Assembly: GCF_964194155.1 (NCBI RefSeq)
Contig: NW_027597837.1
Span: forward strand, 1 to 64,000
From: Cetorhinus maximus
Taxonomy: Eukaryota
Direction: 5' to 3'
DNA: 64,000 nucleotides
The notes under the pieces were generated by a model. It searched no databases, had not been told where the DNA came from, and saw only the letters and a program-made list of their open reading frames with translations. Below, one piece after another: positions 23,601 through 33,695 of the stretch; the first letter of the stretch is position 1, and the number at the start of each line of letters is the position of its first letter. A program made the position numbers and the translations under genes.

Positions 23601-25050
23601 GTGCAGAGTTAGGAACTTCAGATGCTTTGATGGGTTTTTCCCGTCATGTTTTGTCACAAGAGGGCTGTTAACTGTTTTTTATGCTATTACAAGAGGGCAT
23701 TAATGAATGTGCAGAATCGACAAATAATTGGCAAATGAAGTTCTCACAGATAAATGTGAGGTAGTACATTTTGGTAGGAAGAATAGGGAGGTCACTTATT
23801 ACTTGGAAGATGCGAGTCTAGGTGGGATAGAGGAACAAAGCAATCTCGGTGTACAAATACACCAATCACTAGAAGTTTCACCACAGGTTAGCAAGGACAA
23901 AAAAAAGCTAACCAAACACTTTATTTCTAGAGGGTCAGAATTGAAAAGTAGGGAGGTTATGCTACACCTGTATTGAACCTTGATTAGATAACACTTTGAG
24001 CACTGTGTGCAGTTCTGGTCCCCATATTATGGGAAGGACAAAGCGGCACACTTGGTTGGCACCCCATCCACAAACATTCACTCCCTCCACTACCGACGCA
24101 AAGTGGCAGCAGTGTGTACCATCAATAAGGTGCACTGCAGCAACTCACCAAGGCTCCTTAGGCAGCACCTTCCAAATCCATGACCACTGCCATCTAGAAG
24201 GACAAGGGCAACAGATACATGGGAACACCACCACCTGCAAGTTCCCCTCCAAGCCCACACACCATCCTGACTTGGAAATATATCGGCCGTTCCTTCACTG
24301 TCACTGGGTCAAAATCCTGGAAATCTCTCCCTCTTCCCTGTTCCTACACCACATGGACTGCAGCGGTTCAAGAAGGCGGCTCACCATCGCCTTCTCGAGG
24401 GCAATTAGGGATGGGCAATAAATGCTGGGCCCAGCCAGCGACACCCACATCCCGTGAACGAATAATAAAAAATAAAGAGGCACTGGAGAGGGTGCAGAGA
24501 AGATTTACAAGGATGATCCCAGAAATGTGTGGGTATATATATCAGGAAAAGATTGACAAAAAGAAGGCTTGAGGGGGTGACCTAATAGAGATCTTTAAAA
24601 TGCTGAAAGGTTTTGATCGAGTGGATACAGAGAGAATGTCTCCTCGTGAGGAAGAGCAGAACTGGAGGCCGTCAATATAAGATGGTCACCAAGAAATCCA
24701 ACCGGGAATTCGGGAGAAACTTCTTTACCCAGAGAGTGGGGAGAATGTAGAACTTGCTCCCACAGGGAGTGGTTGAGGTGAATAGTGTAGATACATTTAA
24801 GGGGAAACTAGACAAGTACATGAGGGGGGAAGGGAATAGAAGGTAGATGTAGTTGAAGAAAGATGGAGGAGGCTGTAGTGGAGCATAAACACCAGCATGG
24901 ATTGGTTGGGCCAAATGGCCTCTCTCTGTGCCATAAACCCTCTGCAATCCTATGTAATGTATTCTGTCTCGTTTATCTAGACACCAGTGTCTGTGGGAGC
25001 GATATATGGGCACCGTCAAAACCTGCATCATGACGATGTACCATGACTGA
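8533..25050 (+). CDS. FIBP: FGF1 intracellular binding protein, complete 10-exon CDS (1074 nt, 357 aa)
   Basis: Exons 8533-8617, 9231-9429, 10311-10437, 12172-12272, 16757-16890, 20546-20654, 21435-21498, 21664-21750, 22900-22997, 24981-25050. All GT-AG with consistent phases; [16 protein letters not shown]...[19 protein letters not shown]. Confidence 0.97.
9070..9182. repeat. 18-bp tandem repeat (ggggctgatctggtgttg) x6
   Basis: Direct repeats ~50 nt upstream of the FIBP exon 2 acceptor. Confidence 0.9.
9231..9429 (+). CDS. FIBP: FIBP coding exon 2
   Basis: [15 protein letters not shown]...[32 protein letters not shown]. Confidence 0.95.
9553..10257 (+). repeat. 69-bp satellite array, about 10 units
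   Basis: Unit gatggggacagtgtagagggagctttactctgtatctaaccccgtgctgtacctgtcctgggagtgttt. Confidence 0.95.
10311..10437 (+). CDS. FIBP: FIBP coding exon 3
   Basis: [42 protein letters not shown]. Confidence 0.96.
10750..11058 (-). mobile_element. tRNA-derived SINE (MetaSINE/SlmI-like)
   Basis: Minus-strand B box gggttcgaatccc, central gttcactaatgccctttaagg and LINE-shared tail gggatgggtaataaatgctggcc. Confidence 0.75.
11150..11512 (-). mobile_element. L2-clade LINE 3' end (single copy of the 37-bp unit)
   Basis: Degenerate ORF2 tail [22 protein letters not shown]; tail aaggcgctatgtaaat. Confidence 0.75.
11520..11947 (+). mobile_element. CR1-like LINE 3' fragment
   Basis: GLFSL..RLRADL..; ttctttacccagagagtggggagaatgtggaactc. 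Confidence 0.8.
12172..12272 (+). CDS. FIBP: FIBP coding exon 4
   Basis: [33 protein letters not shown]. Confidence 0.96.
12425..12660 (+). mobile_element. RSg-1-like LINE 3' fragment
   Basis: ttccttcactgtcgctgggtcaaaatcctggaa...gcggttcaagaaggcagctcac..gggcaattagggatgggcaataaatgctgg. Confidence 0.8.
13095..13820 (+). mobile_element. CR1-clade LINE 3' portion
   Basis: ORF 13171: [38 protein letters not shown]. Confidence 0.9.
14428..15112 (-). mobile_element. CR1/HER1-like LINE 3' portion
   Basis: ORF 14616-15017: [37 protein letters not shown]; tail atagaaacatagaaa. Confidence 0.93.
15500..15842 (+). mobile_element. CR1-like LINE fragment
   Basis: [31 protein letters not shown]. Confidence 0.75.
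16757..16890 (+). CDS. FIBP: FIBP coding exon 5
   Basis: [44 protein letters not shown]. Confidence 0.97.
17258..17840 (-). mobile_element. CR1-like LINE 3' portion (preceded by an RSg-1-like fragment, 17040-17190)
   Basis: [18 protein letters not shown]; [19 protein letters not shown]. Confidence 0.85.
18893..19176. repeat. 18-bp minisatellite (ccgacccacatcccctcc), about 15 copies
   Basis: Direct repeats; artefactual THIPSP ORF. Confidence 0.95.
19215..20025. repeat. 33-bp minisatellite, about 24 copies, inside a minus-strand DeuSINE
   Basis: Unit ccctcggcgcccaccctccgacagcgcgtcact; flanked by SINE body (gtctcatccaaaagacagc) and head (ctcaagtctctggagtggggctcgaacc). Confidence 0.92.
20546..20654 (+). 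CDS. FIBP: FIBP coding exon 6
   Basis: [35 protein letters not shown]. Confidence 0.96.
20682..21292 (-). repeat. 69-bp satellite array, about 9 units, reverse orientation
   Basis: Reverse complement of the 9553 unit. Confidence 0.95.
21435..21498 (+). CDS. FIBP: FIBP coding exon 7
   Basis: [21 protein letters not shown]. Confidence 0.96.
21664..21750 (+). CDS. FIBP: FIBP coding exon 8
   Basis: [29 protein letters not shown]. Confidence 0.97.
21768..22120 (-). mobile_element. CR1-like LINE 3' fragment
   Basis: gagaagaaattcctgctcatctccgtcttaaatggg; caccctgtcaagccccctcaggatc. Confidence 0.8.
22900..22997 (+). CDS. FIBP: FIBP coding exon 9
   Basis: [32 protein letters not shown]. Confidence 0.95.
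23725..24957 (+). mobile_element. CR1-like LINE interrupted by a nested RSg-1-like LINE 3' end (~24039-24473)
   Basis: [20 protein letters not shown] // [17 protein letters not shown]; the insert ends in an A-rich tail. Confidence 0.85.
24981..25050 (+). CDS. FIBP: FIBP coding exon 10 (stop TGA)
   Basis: [22 protein letters not shown]. Confidence 0.96.
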
Positions 25051-25449
25051 GAACTTGGGGACCAGCTGACCCAGTACGGGGAGAGCTGTGAGCCTCGGCC
25101 TGCGATTTGGAGAGAGAGCTTCCTCCTCGACAACAACAAGCTGACCACGCAGCTCTCCGGCCTGCTGCACGGAGGGGGAAACCCCCTAACCCCTTTCCCC
25201 TGTGAGAGCCCTCCTCCAGCGGGCTGCTTTCTGATTGTTCTCTTCCACGCTACACTCTGAACAGTGGGGGGTTGAAACGATGGGATTCGCTCGAGCGCTG
25301 CTGCTGCTGCTGAATTGTTTGCAATGTGGGATCGCAGTGAGAGCCCTCCTTCAAGATATCTTCTCTGATACGGAATCTTGTTCAAGGGACTGCATTTCAC
25401 TACCCGCCCCCCACCAACTGAGAAGGGAGGCTGTGCTGTTCAAATATTC

Positions 25450-25550
25450 AATAAAGATTTCAATTTTTTTTCATTCTCCTTAAATGTCACTATTACTACA
25501 CTATCTTTCACCACCTCTGGATATCTGTGTTTCACTACCACTGAAATAAA
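25450..25550 (+). terminator. FIBP polyadenylation signals
   Basis: AATAAA at 25450 and 25545, each followed by T-rich sequence. Confidence 0.7.
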
Positions 25551-25571
25551 CGTTCACGGATTTGTTTCACG

Positions 25572-25712
25572 CTCTCCCTCCCTCTCTCTCAGGGTCCCTC
25601 TCTCTCGGTCTCTCTCAGGGTCCCTCTCTCTCTTTCTCAGCCATTCTCTCAGGCTGTCTCCCTCTCAGGCCGTCTGTCTGTCTGTCTCTCAGGCTGTCTT
25701 TCTCTCTCTTCG

Positions 25713-25743
<31 letters not shown>

Positions 25744-25755
25744 CTTTATCTCTCT
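25572..25755. repeat. CT-rich low-complexity tract
   Basis: (ctct)n and ctctctcagg units. Confidence 0.85.
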
Positions 25756-26627
25756 GATGACAGGCACGTCACATCCAACACCCATAGCTCTGGGGGAAAT
25801 CCTGTCGCCTGGTCACTGGTGTGAGCCCGCGGGTAGGGTGCTGCCCCCCTGTCCGCGGGGAATAGCGAGGGAGGGTCTGCTAGGAGATCCGAACCGCAGA
25901 GACTAGAACACACGCACCACCTTTCCTCAGAGGAACTGTCTCTTGGAGCTGCAAAAGAAGGAGCATCACAGCAGAGATCAAATCTCCAGAGGCTTCAGAA
26001 CGGGTATCCAGTCAAACCAGAACACCCCAGGCAAGTCTCCTTCTCTCTGCACTTGCAAAATAAGACATTTCCTACACATGACAACACAACCGACCCTCTT
26101 TGCCCCCAATGAATTCCCTTTTGGTGCAAGTCTGTGTCCTCCACAGATAGCAGCATGAAACGAAGGTTTTCACATTCTCCTGTAATGTGACAGTTGTCGC
26201 ATTGCAGTCCCCGCAACTCTTGGTCTAGCTAGCTGTTATTTCAGTCTTCCTACTGCCTACTGGAGAGCCAAGACTGTGGGAGGTGGGTGACTCCTGGAGT
26301 TTCCAACCCCCCCCCAGATCCCTCGCGGGATTGTGGAGTGATCTCCCGGATATTGCTGCAGTGGAGATGGACTTCAGTTGAAGATAGGAACTCCAATGAT
26401 CAAATACGGTTAATTTGATAAAGTTGGAATTAAAAGCTAGTCTCAGTAATGCGACGATGAAGCAACCAATCAAAAACCCATCTGGTTCACTAATGCCCTT
26501 TAGGGAAGGAAATCTGCCGTCCTTACCTGCTTTTGGATTACAGCTAACACATGGCTCCTCATGCTGTACAGAAGTATCAAGGGAGCTGAGGTGACCCTCG
26601 ATTGGAGTAATTAGATTGAATCTTTTA

Positions 26628-27260
26628 AAAATTCATTTGTGGGATGTGGGTGTCGCTGGCCGGGCCCAGCATTTATTGTCCATCCCTAATTGCCCCTTGA
26701 GAAGGTGGTGGTGAGCTGCCTTCTTGACCCGCTGCAGTCCATGTGGTGTAGGTACACCCACAGTGCTGTTAGGGAGGGAGTTCCAGAATTTTGACCCAGC
26801 GACAGTGAAGGAACGGCCGATATATTTCCAAGTCAGGATAGTGTGTGGCTTGGAGGGGAACTTCCAGGTGGTGGTGTTCCCATGTATCTGCTGCCCTTGT
26901 CCTTCCAGGTGGTAGAGGTCGTGGGTTTGGAAGGTGTTGTCGAAGGAGCCTTGGTGAATTCCTGCAGTGCATCTTGTAGATGGTACACACACTGCTGCTA
27001 CTGTGCGTCGGTGGTGGAGGGAGTGAATGTTTGTGGATGGGGAGCCAATCAAGCGGGAGGTCCTGGATGGTGTCGAACTTCTTGAGTGTTGTGGGAGCTG
27101 CCCTCATCCAGGCAACTGGAGAGTATTTCATCACACGCCTGACTTGTGCCTTGTAGATGGTGGACAGGCTTTGGGGAGTCAGGAGGTGAGTTACTCGCTG
27201 CAGGATTCCCAGCCTCTGACCTGCTCTTGTAGCCACAGTGTTTATCTGGCTGGTCCAGTT
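26628..27260 (-). mobile_element. RSg-1-like LINE ORF2 C-terminus and tail
   Basis: [26 protein letters not shown]..; [29 protein letters not shown]. Confidence 0.88.
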
Positions 27261-27319
27261 ACACTCCTTCCTTTGAAAAGATGGTGATGAGCAACTTTCT
27301 TAAATACAACTGAATGTCC

Positions 27320-27625
27320 CGCTCGGCCATTTCAGAGGGTCAGTTAAGAGTCAACCACATTGCTGTGGGTCTGGAGTCACATGTAGGCCAGACCGGGTAA
27401 GGATGGCAGATTTCCTTCCCTAAAGGGGCATTAGTGAACCAGTTGGGTTTTTCTGATTGGTTGTTTCATAGTCACATTATTGAGACTAACTTTTAATTCC
27501 AAATGTATTAAATTAACTGTGTTTAGATTCCTCCAGTTAGCATGGTGGGATTTGAACTCGTGGACCTGGATCAATAGTCCAGACCTCTAGATTGCCAGTC
27601 CAGTAACATTAACACTCTGCTACTA
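27320..27625 (-). mobile_element. MetaSINE/SlmI-like SINE
   Basis: agagtcaaccacattgctgtgggtctggagtcacatgtaggccagaccgggtaaggatggcagatttccttccctaaa. Confidence 0.8.
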
Positions 27626-27629
27626 GACA

Positions 27630-28000
27630 GCACAGAAACTGGACCACACTGGTGTTTCTGCTCCACACAAGTCTCCCACCACCCTGCTCTCCATCTCACC
27701 CCATCACCCTATCCTTCTATCCCTTTCTCCCTCATGTGTTTATCCAGCTTCCCCCTTAAATGTATCTAAACTATTCCCCTTGATCACTCCCTGTGGGAGC
27801 GATTCTCCCCATTCTCTGGTTAAGGAAGTTTCTCCTGAATTCCCCCATTGGATTTATTATTTTATATTGATGGACTCTAGTCCTGGTCTCGCCCACAACT
27901 GGAAACATCATCTCTACGTCTACCCTGTCAAAACCGCTTTCATCATTTTTGAATTCCTCTATCAGGGCACCCCTCAGCCTTCTGTTTTCTAGAGAAGAGA
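27630..28000 (-). mobile_element. CR1-like LINE 3' fragment
   Basis: SLENRRLRGALIEEFK..GFDRVDVEMMFPVVGETRTR. Confidence 0.8.
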
Positions 28001-29384
28001 ACCCCCGATCCCATTGGGACCCCTCCCGATCCCATCGGCTCACCTCCAAAGCATTGCTCCCCAGTCCCATCGCCCCCGGTTTCCGGGAGCAGGTTTCCTG
28101 TCTCCGTTATGCGGCGGAGCTGCCAATCCTGTCACTTGTTGCAAGGGTTAAAGATTCAGAGGTTGCAGAGCTCCCGCAGTCAGGGCTGCATGGTTTTATA
28201 CTTGGCGCCACCTAAGTATAGGCCAAGTGCTCTTTTGAGAGAGGATCTGTCTGTAACAGCACGGAGGCAAAGAGAAAGTGTAGAAACCGAACTGAAACCA
28301 CTGTGGCTACACATTCTGTTTGGAGCTTTTGTCAAAATTTGCTGCAGGCTGTAATGTGACAGGAATGTATTTTGACCACGAGAGTGTGTAACATGTTGCG
28401 AGTCTGCCGTACTGCACGCGCCATCAGGAGGTTCGCCTTTAAATAGCTCTCTTCATGTTGTTAAACTTCAAAGATGGGACCAGGGTGGGTGGCCAGATGG
28501 TGGAGTGCTCGAGCTCCAAGCCAGCTTGTACTAGTAAAACACACACACTCTCCAGGACAGACAGCTGCCTCTGTCTGTCCATCGCTCCCCTCCCCTCCCA
28601 TTAACCTCCCCTGAGAGCCAACCCAACCCCCGCACTCCCACCAAACTCCCGTCTGTGCACCTCCCCCCAGAGATGGTTCACATTCCTCTCCCAGCACCCA
28701 CCCCCCAAATGGCTCGGGGTGGGGTGGAGGTGTTGGGGCTGCTTGTGGCTGGGGGTGGGGTGGGGGGGGCGGATGTGCAGAACGAGGGGGCTGAGCCTTA
28801 AAATGAAAGCCAGGTCATTCAGGGGTGAAGTCAGCACATCTTCACCCAAAGGGAAGTGGGAATCTGGAACACTGTTCCCCCCCCACCCACCACCCCCCCG
28901 CAAAAAACCATTGAGGCTGAGGGGTTGGTGGGGGGGGGAGGTGACAATTTTGAAAACCGAGATTGATGCACTGTCATTGGAGAAGGGGGATTAAGGGTTA
29001 GGGAGGCGGAGTGGGTAGACGGAGCTAAATTACAGCCCAGATGTGGTCTAATTTAATGGAACAGGCTCAAGGGGCTGAAGGGCCTCCCGCTGACCCCACA
29101 GCCTTTGTGTCGTTCGCATGCTCAATAGCAGACTCCTGAAGCTCAACGTGGAATGCAGTCACAGCAGGAGACTCAACAGCTTGAGACTAACTTGGCAATA
29201 CTCAAATTCTGTACTACTACACAACTAAATGATTTCAAAAGGAAATTGGATGGGTACTTGAAGGAAATAAACGTGCAGACTACAGGAATAGAGAGGAGGA
29301 GTGGGACAGACTGGATTGCTTTGCAGAGAACTGGCATGTCAATGGGCTGAATGGCCTCCTGTTCTGTAAATGGCTCTATGACTC

Positions 29385-29750
29385 CCGGTGGGGGGGGACA
29401 GTGGGAAGACTTTAGGGATGTCCTCAAAGCATCACTGAAGAGGTCAAACGTCCCCACAGACTCCTGGGAGCCCCTGGCTTGTGACTGACCAACAGCAGAA
29501 GGCTCATCCGGGAAGGGACCGAACACACTGAGGCTTCGATGGGAAGGTGCAGGGGTGAGGCTCGAGGCGTACGAGGGAGCGCACGACCCTCCAAACGACT
29601 CGTCCACCCGACCCTTCAAGCACCACCTGCCCCACATGAGGCAGAGTCCGCAGATCACACACTGGGCTGGTCAGCCACCTCAGAACCCATCGAACCGGAG
29701 TGGATGCAAGTCATCCTCCACCCCGAGGGACTGCCCAAGGAGAGAGAGCG
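29385..29750 (+). mobile_element. RTE-clade LINE 3' fragment
   Basis: Degenerate GGQ..FRDVLKASLKRSNVPTDSWEPLACD..; C-terminal zinc-finger remnant CPT.GRV.RSHTGLVSHLRTH. Confidence 0.75.
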
Positions 29751-30094
29751 CCCCTGATCACTCAGAGCCAAGGAAGACACGTGCAGGAGGCAATTCTGAG
29801 GGGCACAGGCAGGAACATTCAAGAACTTCGCTGGGAAGGGACGGAGGAGCGAGACTGATACCAGAATGAGTTTTCTCAATGCCCCTGGAAGTGTCCACTG
29901 CATCAGCCTCTGCGACTTAGTGAGTTTAGTTACTGACTGCTGCTTCCACACGTGGTGTTGAACTAAACCCAGCTTTACTCTGTCCCTCTGAACTGAGAGT
30001 CTGTCCAGTAACTCAGTCCTGACACCTTTCAGTCCAGCATCAAGCCCTCCTTTGTAACTGGAAAGTTAAAGGGATGAAGCTCCTGGGAATCTGC

Positions 30095-30845
30095 CCCTTC
30101 CTCCCTCTCTCTCTTTCCCACACTTCCCCCACCACCACCTCCCTCCCTCTCTCTCCCATTCGCCTCTCCCTCTCTCCTTGTCTCTTTCCCTCCCTCTCAC
30201 CATCTCTCTCCACCTCCCTCTCCTTAACTCTCTGCCTCCCTCCCTCCCTCTCGCTCTCCCTCTCTCTCAGTCTCTCGCCCACTCCAAACTTTCCCTTTCT
30301 CTCCCTCCTTCCCTCTCCTCTCTCCCCTTCCTCCCTTCTCTCTTCCCCTCCCTCTCTCCTCCTCTCTGTCTCTCTTTCCCTCCCCCTCTTTCCCTCCCCC
30401 ACTTTCCCTCCCCTCTTTCCCTCCCCCCTTTCCCTCCCTCTCTTTCCTTTCCCTCCCCCACTTTCCCTCCCCCTCTTTCCCTCCCCCTCTTTCCCTCCCC
30501 CTCTTTCCCTCCCCCTCTTTCCCTCCCCCTCTTTCCCTCCCCCTCTTTCCCTCCCCCACTTTCCCTCCCCCACTTTCCCTCCCCACTTTCCCTCCCTCTC
30601 TTTCCCTCCCCCTCTTTTCCTCCCCCTCTCTATCCCCCCTTTCTCTTTCCCTCCCTCCCTACCTCCTTTCTCCCTCCCCCTCTTTCCCTCCCCCACTTTC
30701 CCTCCCCCTTACCCTCACCCTCTCTCTTTCCCTCCCTCCCCTCTCTTTCCCTCCCTCCCTCCCTCCCTACCTCCTCTCTCTCCCTTCCTCCCTCTCTTTC
30801 CATCCCCCTCTCCCAACTCCTCTTTCACTCTCCCTCCCTCCCTCC
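30095..30845. repeat. Homopyrimidine tract with (ctttccctccccct)n subrepeat
   Basis: About 750 bp almost entirely C/T. Confidence 0.95.
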
Positions 30846-30999
30846 CGTTGGTCAGAACCTGTCACAGCTGAACAAACACTGACCTCCACCCTGCCTCCCA
30901 GGCACCAAAGTGTTAACACTGCATGTTTGACATCTGTTATTATAGCTGGGAGCTGTGGGAAAGCAGGTAGAAGTTGGCAGGATTGGAGCTGTTTGGCAA

Positions 31000-31278
31000 A
31001 CATCACAGGAATTCAGAACTGTGACGAGAGGGAGAGAGAGAGAGAGAGAGGACAGAACAGGAGAGACAGAGAGAACAAAACAGTCAGAAAAAAAGATAAA
31101 GGGAGGGAGAGAGAGAGAGAGAGATAAAGGCAGAGAGAGAGAGAGAGAGAGACTCTGCCAACAATCTACATGAATCAATTCCCAATCACTACCTTTGGGT
31201 TGAGCTGAGCATTTATTCACTGGGAACTAGTCAGTGACTTCTCCTGTCCGACGTTGGCACTCTGCAAAGCTTTCTCTG
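31000..31278 (+). other. EFEMP2: Probable non-coding first exon of EFEMP2 (start approximate)
   Basis: Consensus donor CTG|gtaagt at 31279 after a GA-rich leader; the ATG exon begins with an acceptor at 33586, so an upstream exon is required. Confidence 0.55.
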
Positions 31279-31808
31279 GTAAGTACTATTTTTTTCAAAG
31301 ACAGAAACAACCTTTACTCTGGCTCGAGTGAGAGTTAAAAGAGGTCCTTTCTCGGGAACTTTTTCTGCTTCTCCCGCTCTCCGGGAGATCGACTAATTAA
31401 AAGGAGGGAAGTTTGCAGTGCGGAGGATTCCGGTTGAAGGGCCTCGACTGTACTCATAAGGTGGCTGTTAAAAGGGAAAAGCTCGCAGCTCACAGGACAG
31501 TCATTACATTGTCAGGGCTAAATCTGCCTCTCCTGCAGCGAGGGCTCCAAGTCCCCAGATGTTTGAGAACATTAACTATATCCCCATTAAATGAAAACAT
31601 CAGAAAGTTATACAATAAGAGACCACGCCACCAACCTCTCTGGCTTTGTATCACTAAAAGTAAAGACTCTCTTAGGAAAGGTATCATGTCTTTGTAGAGA
31701 GAACAAATCTCTCAGCAAAGAGAACGATTCTCAGTAAAGATAACATGTCTCCTCTGAATACAAATGCTTCTCTCTGACAGACTAAAGATAAGAAACTTGA
31801 CAAGTTCA

Positions 31809-32847
31809 GGATGGGGACAGTGTAGAGGGAGCTTTACTCTGTATCTAACCCCGTGCTGTACCTGCCCTGGGAGTGTTTGATGGGGACAGTGTAGAGGGAG
31901 CTTTACTCTGTATCTAACCCCGTTCTGTACCTGTCCTGGGAGTGTTTGATGGGGACAGTGTAGAGGGAGCTTTACACTGTATCTAACCCCGTGCTGTACC
32001 TGTCCTGGGAGTGATTGATGGGGACAGTGTAGAGGGAGCTTTACTCTGTATCTAACCCCATGCTGTAACTGCCCTGGAACTCCCTCCATAACAGCACACT
32101 GGGTGTACCTACACTACATGGACTGCAGCGGTTCAAGAAGGCAGCTCACCCCCACCTTCTCAAGGGCAATTAGGGATAAGCAATAAATGCTGGCCTAGCC
32201 AGTGATGCCCACATCGCAAGAGTGAATTGAAAAAATGTTTGATGGGGACAGTGTAGAGGGAGCATTATTCTGTATCTAACCCCGTGCTGTACCTGTCCTG
32301 GGAATGTTTGCTGGGGACAGTGTAGAGGAAGCTTTACTCTGTATCTAACCCCGTGCTGTACCTGTCCTGGGAGTGTTTGATGGGGACAGTGTAGAGGGAG
32401 CTTTACTCTGTATCTAACCCTGTGCTGTACCTGTCCTGGGAGTGTTTGATGGAGACGGTGTAGAGGGAGCTTTACTCTGTATCTAACCCCGTGCTGTACC
32501 TGTCCTGGGAGTGTTTGATGGGGACAGTGTAGAGGGAGCTTTACTCTGTATCTAACCCCGTGCTGTACCTGTCCTGGGAGTGTTTGATGAGGACAGTGTA
32601 GAGGGAGCTTTACTCTGTATCTAACCCCATGCTGTACTTGTCCTGGGAGTGTTTGATGGGGACAGTGTAGAGGGAGCTTTACTCTGTATCTAACCCCGTG
32701 CTGTACCTGCCCTGGGAGTGTTTGATGGGGACAGTGTAGAGGGAGCTTTACTCTGTATCTAACCCCGTGCTGTACCTGCCCTGGGAGTGTTTGATGGGGA
32801 CAGTGTAGAGGGAGCTTTACTCTGTATCTAACCCCGTGCTGTACCTG
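31809..32847 (+). repeat. 69-bp satellite array, about 13 units, split by a LINE tail at ~32073-32235
   Basis: Same unit as 9553; source of the [23 protein letters not shown] repeat ORFs. Confidence 0.95.
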
Positions 32848-33608
32848 TAGCTGGGTTGAGTAGAAAGGGAGTGTTAAATACTGCTGAGTACAGACTAGGC
32901 ACTGGTTTGTACTTGCACGAGGACTGGAACAGGGAGTGGATTCCTGCCAATTCAGCACTCCCTACGCCTGCTGCTTCTGGTCTGCAGCATCCCTGGCAAG
33001 GATGGGGAGACGAGCTGACACTTGCCCAGTGGCCGTGCGCCCAGCGCCTTGTGCTGCAGGATTGAATTCTCACCCTCAGAAAGAAGGCCGGCTTCAAAAA
33101 AAATATAAAGCACCTTTCACACCCCCCCCCACCCTCGGGACGCCCCAAAGCTCTTCCTAGCCAATCCGGCACGTCCTCAAAGCGACGAATCACTGTCCTC
33201 ACGTAGGAAACACGGCTCAAGCCCATTCGTGTACAGCAAGATCCCAGTTGGCCTAATGGACCCCTCACCACCCTTGGTCCTCGGATTTGCGGGATTCCCG
33301 GTCCCAGGATTTTCCGTCTCCCTCGGCCTGGTCCGGATTTGGTTGGCGGTGAAAGGTTGTGTGCCAAGGTCAGTTTGAAAGGGGGTAAAGTGGGCGGCTG
33401 GCGCTAAGGGAAAAATCACCCAGCCACAGCTGGCGAGGGAGACTGGCAGCTTCAGGGTTTGACAGTGCCGGACCCCGGGGGTGAAGGGGGAGGGGCCAGC
33501 AGGGCCCGGCTGTCCTGTCCGGCTGGTGGGATATGTACTCCGGGACCCTGCCCACCACTCACGCTGTGCCCTCTCTCTGCTTCCAGGGTGTGAAGTCTCG
33601 GACGCACG

Positions 33609-33695
33609 ATGCTGCTCCTGGCCCTGCTGCTGGTGCTGGGCCTGTCTCTCCGCACAACCATTTCACAGCAGGTCGACGAAGCTGTCACCTACATG
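33609..33695 (+). CDS. EFEMP2: EFEMP2 coding exon 1 (signal peptide)
   Basis: [29 protein letters not shown]; donor gtaagg. Confidence 0.9.

Noticed and set aside
31712-32958. [23 protein letters not shown] repeat proteins
   Set aside because: 69-bp satellite; the open frame follows from unit length
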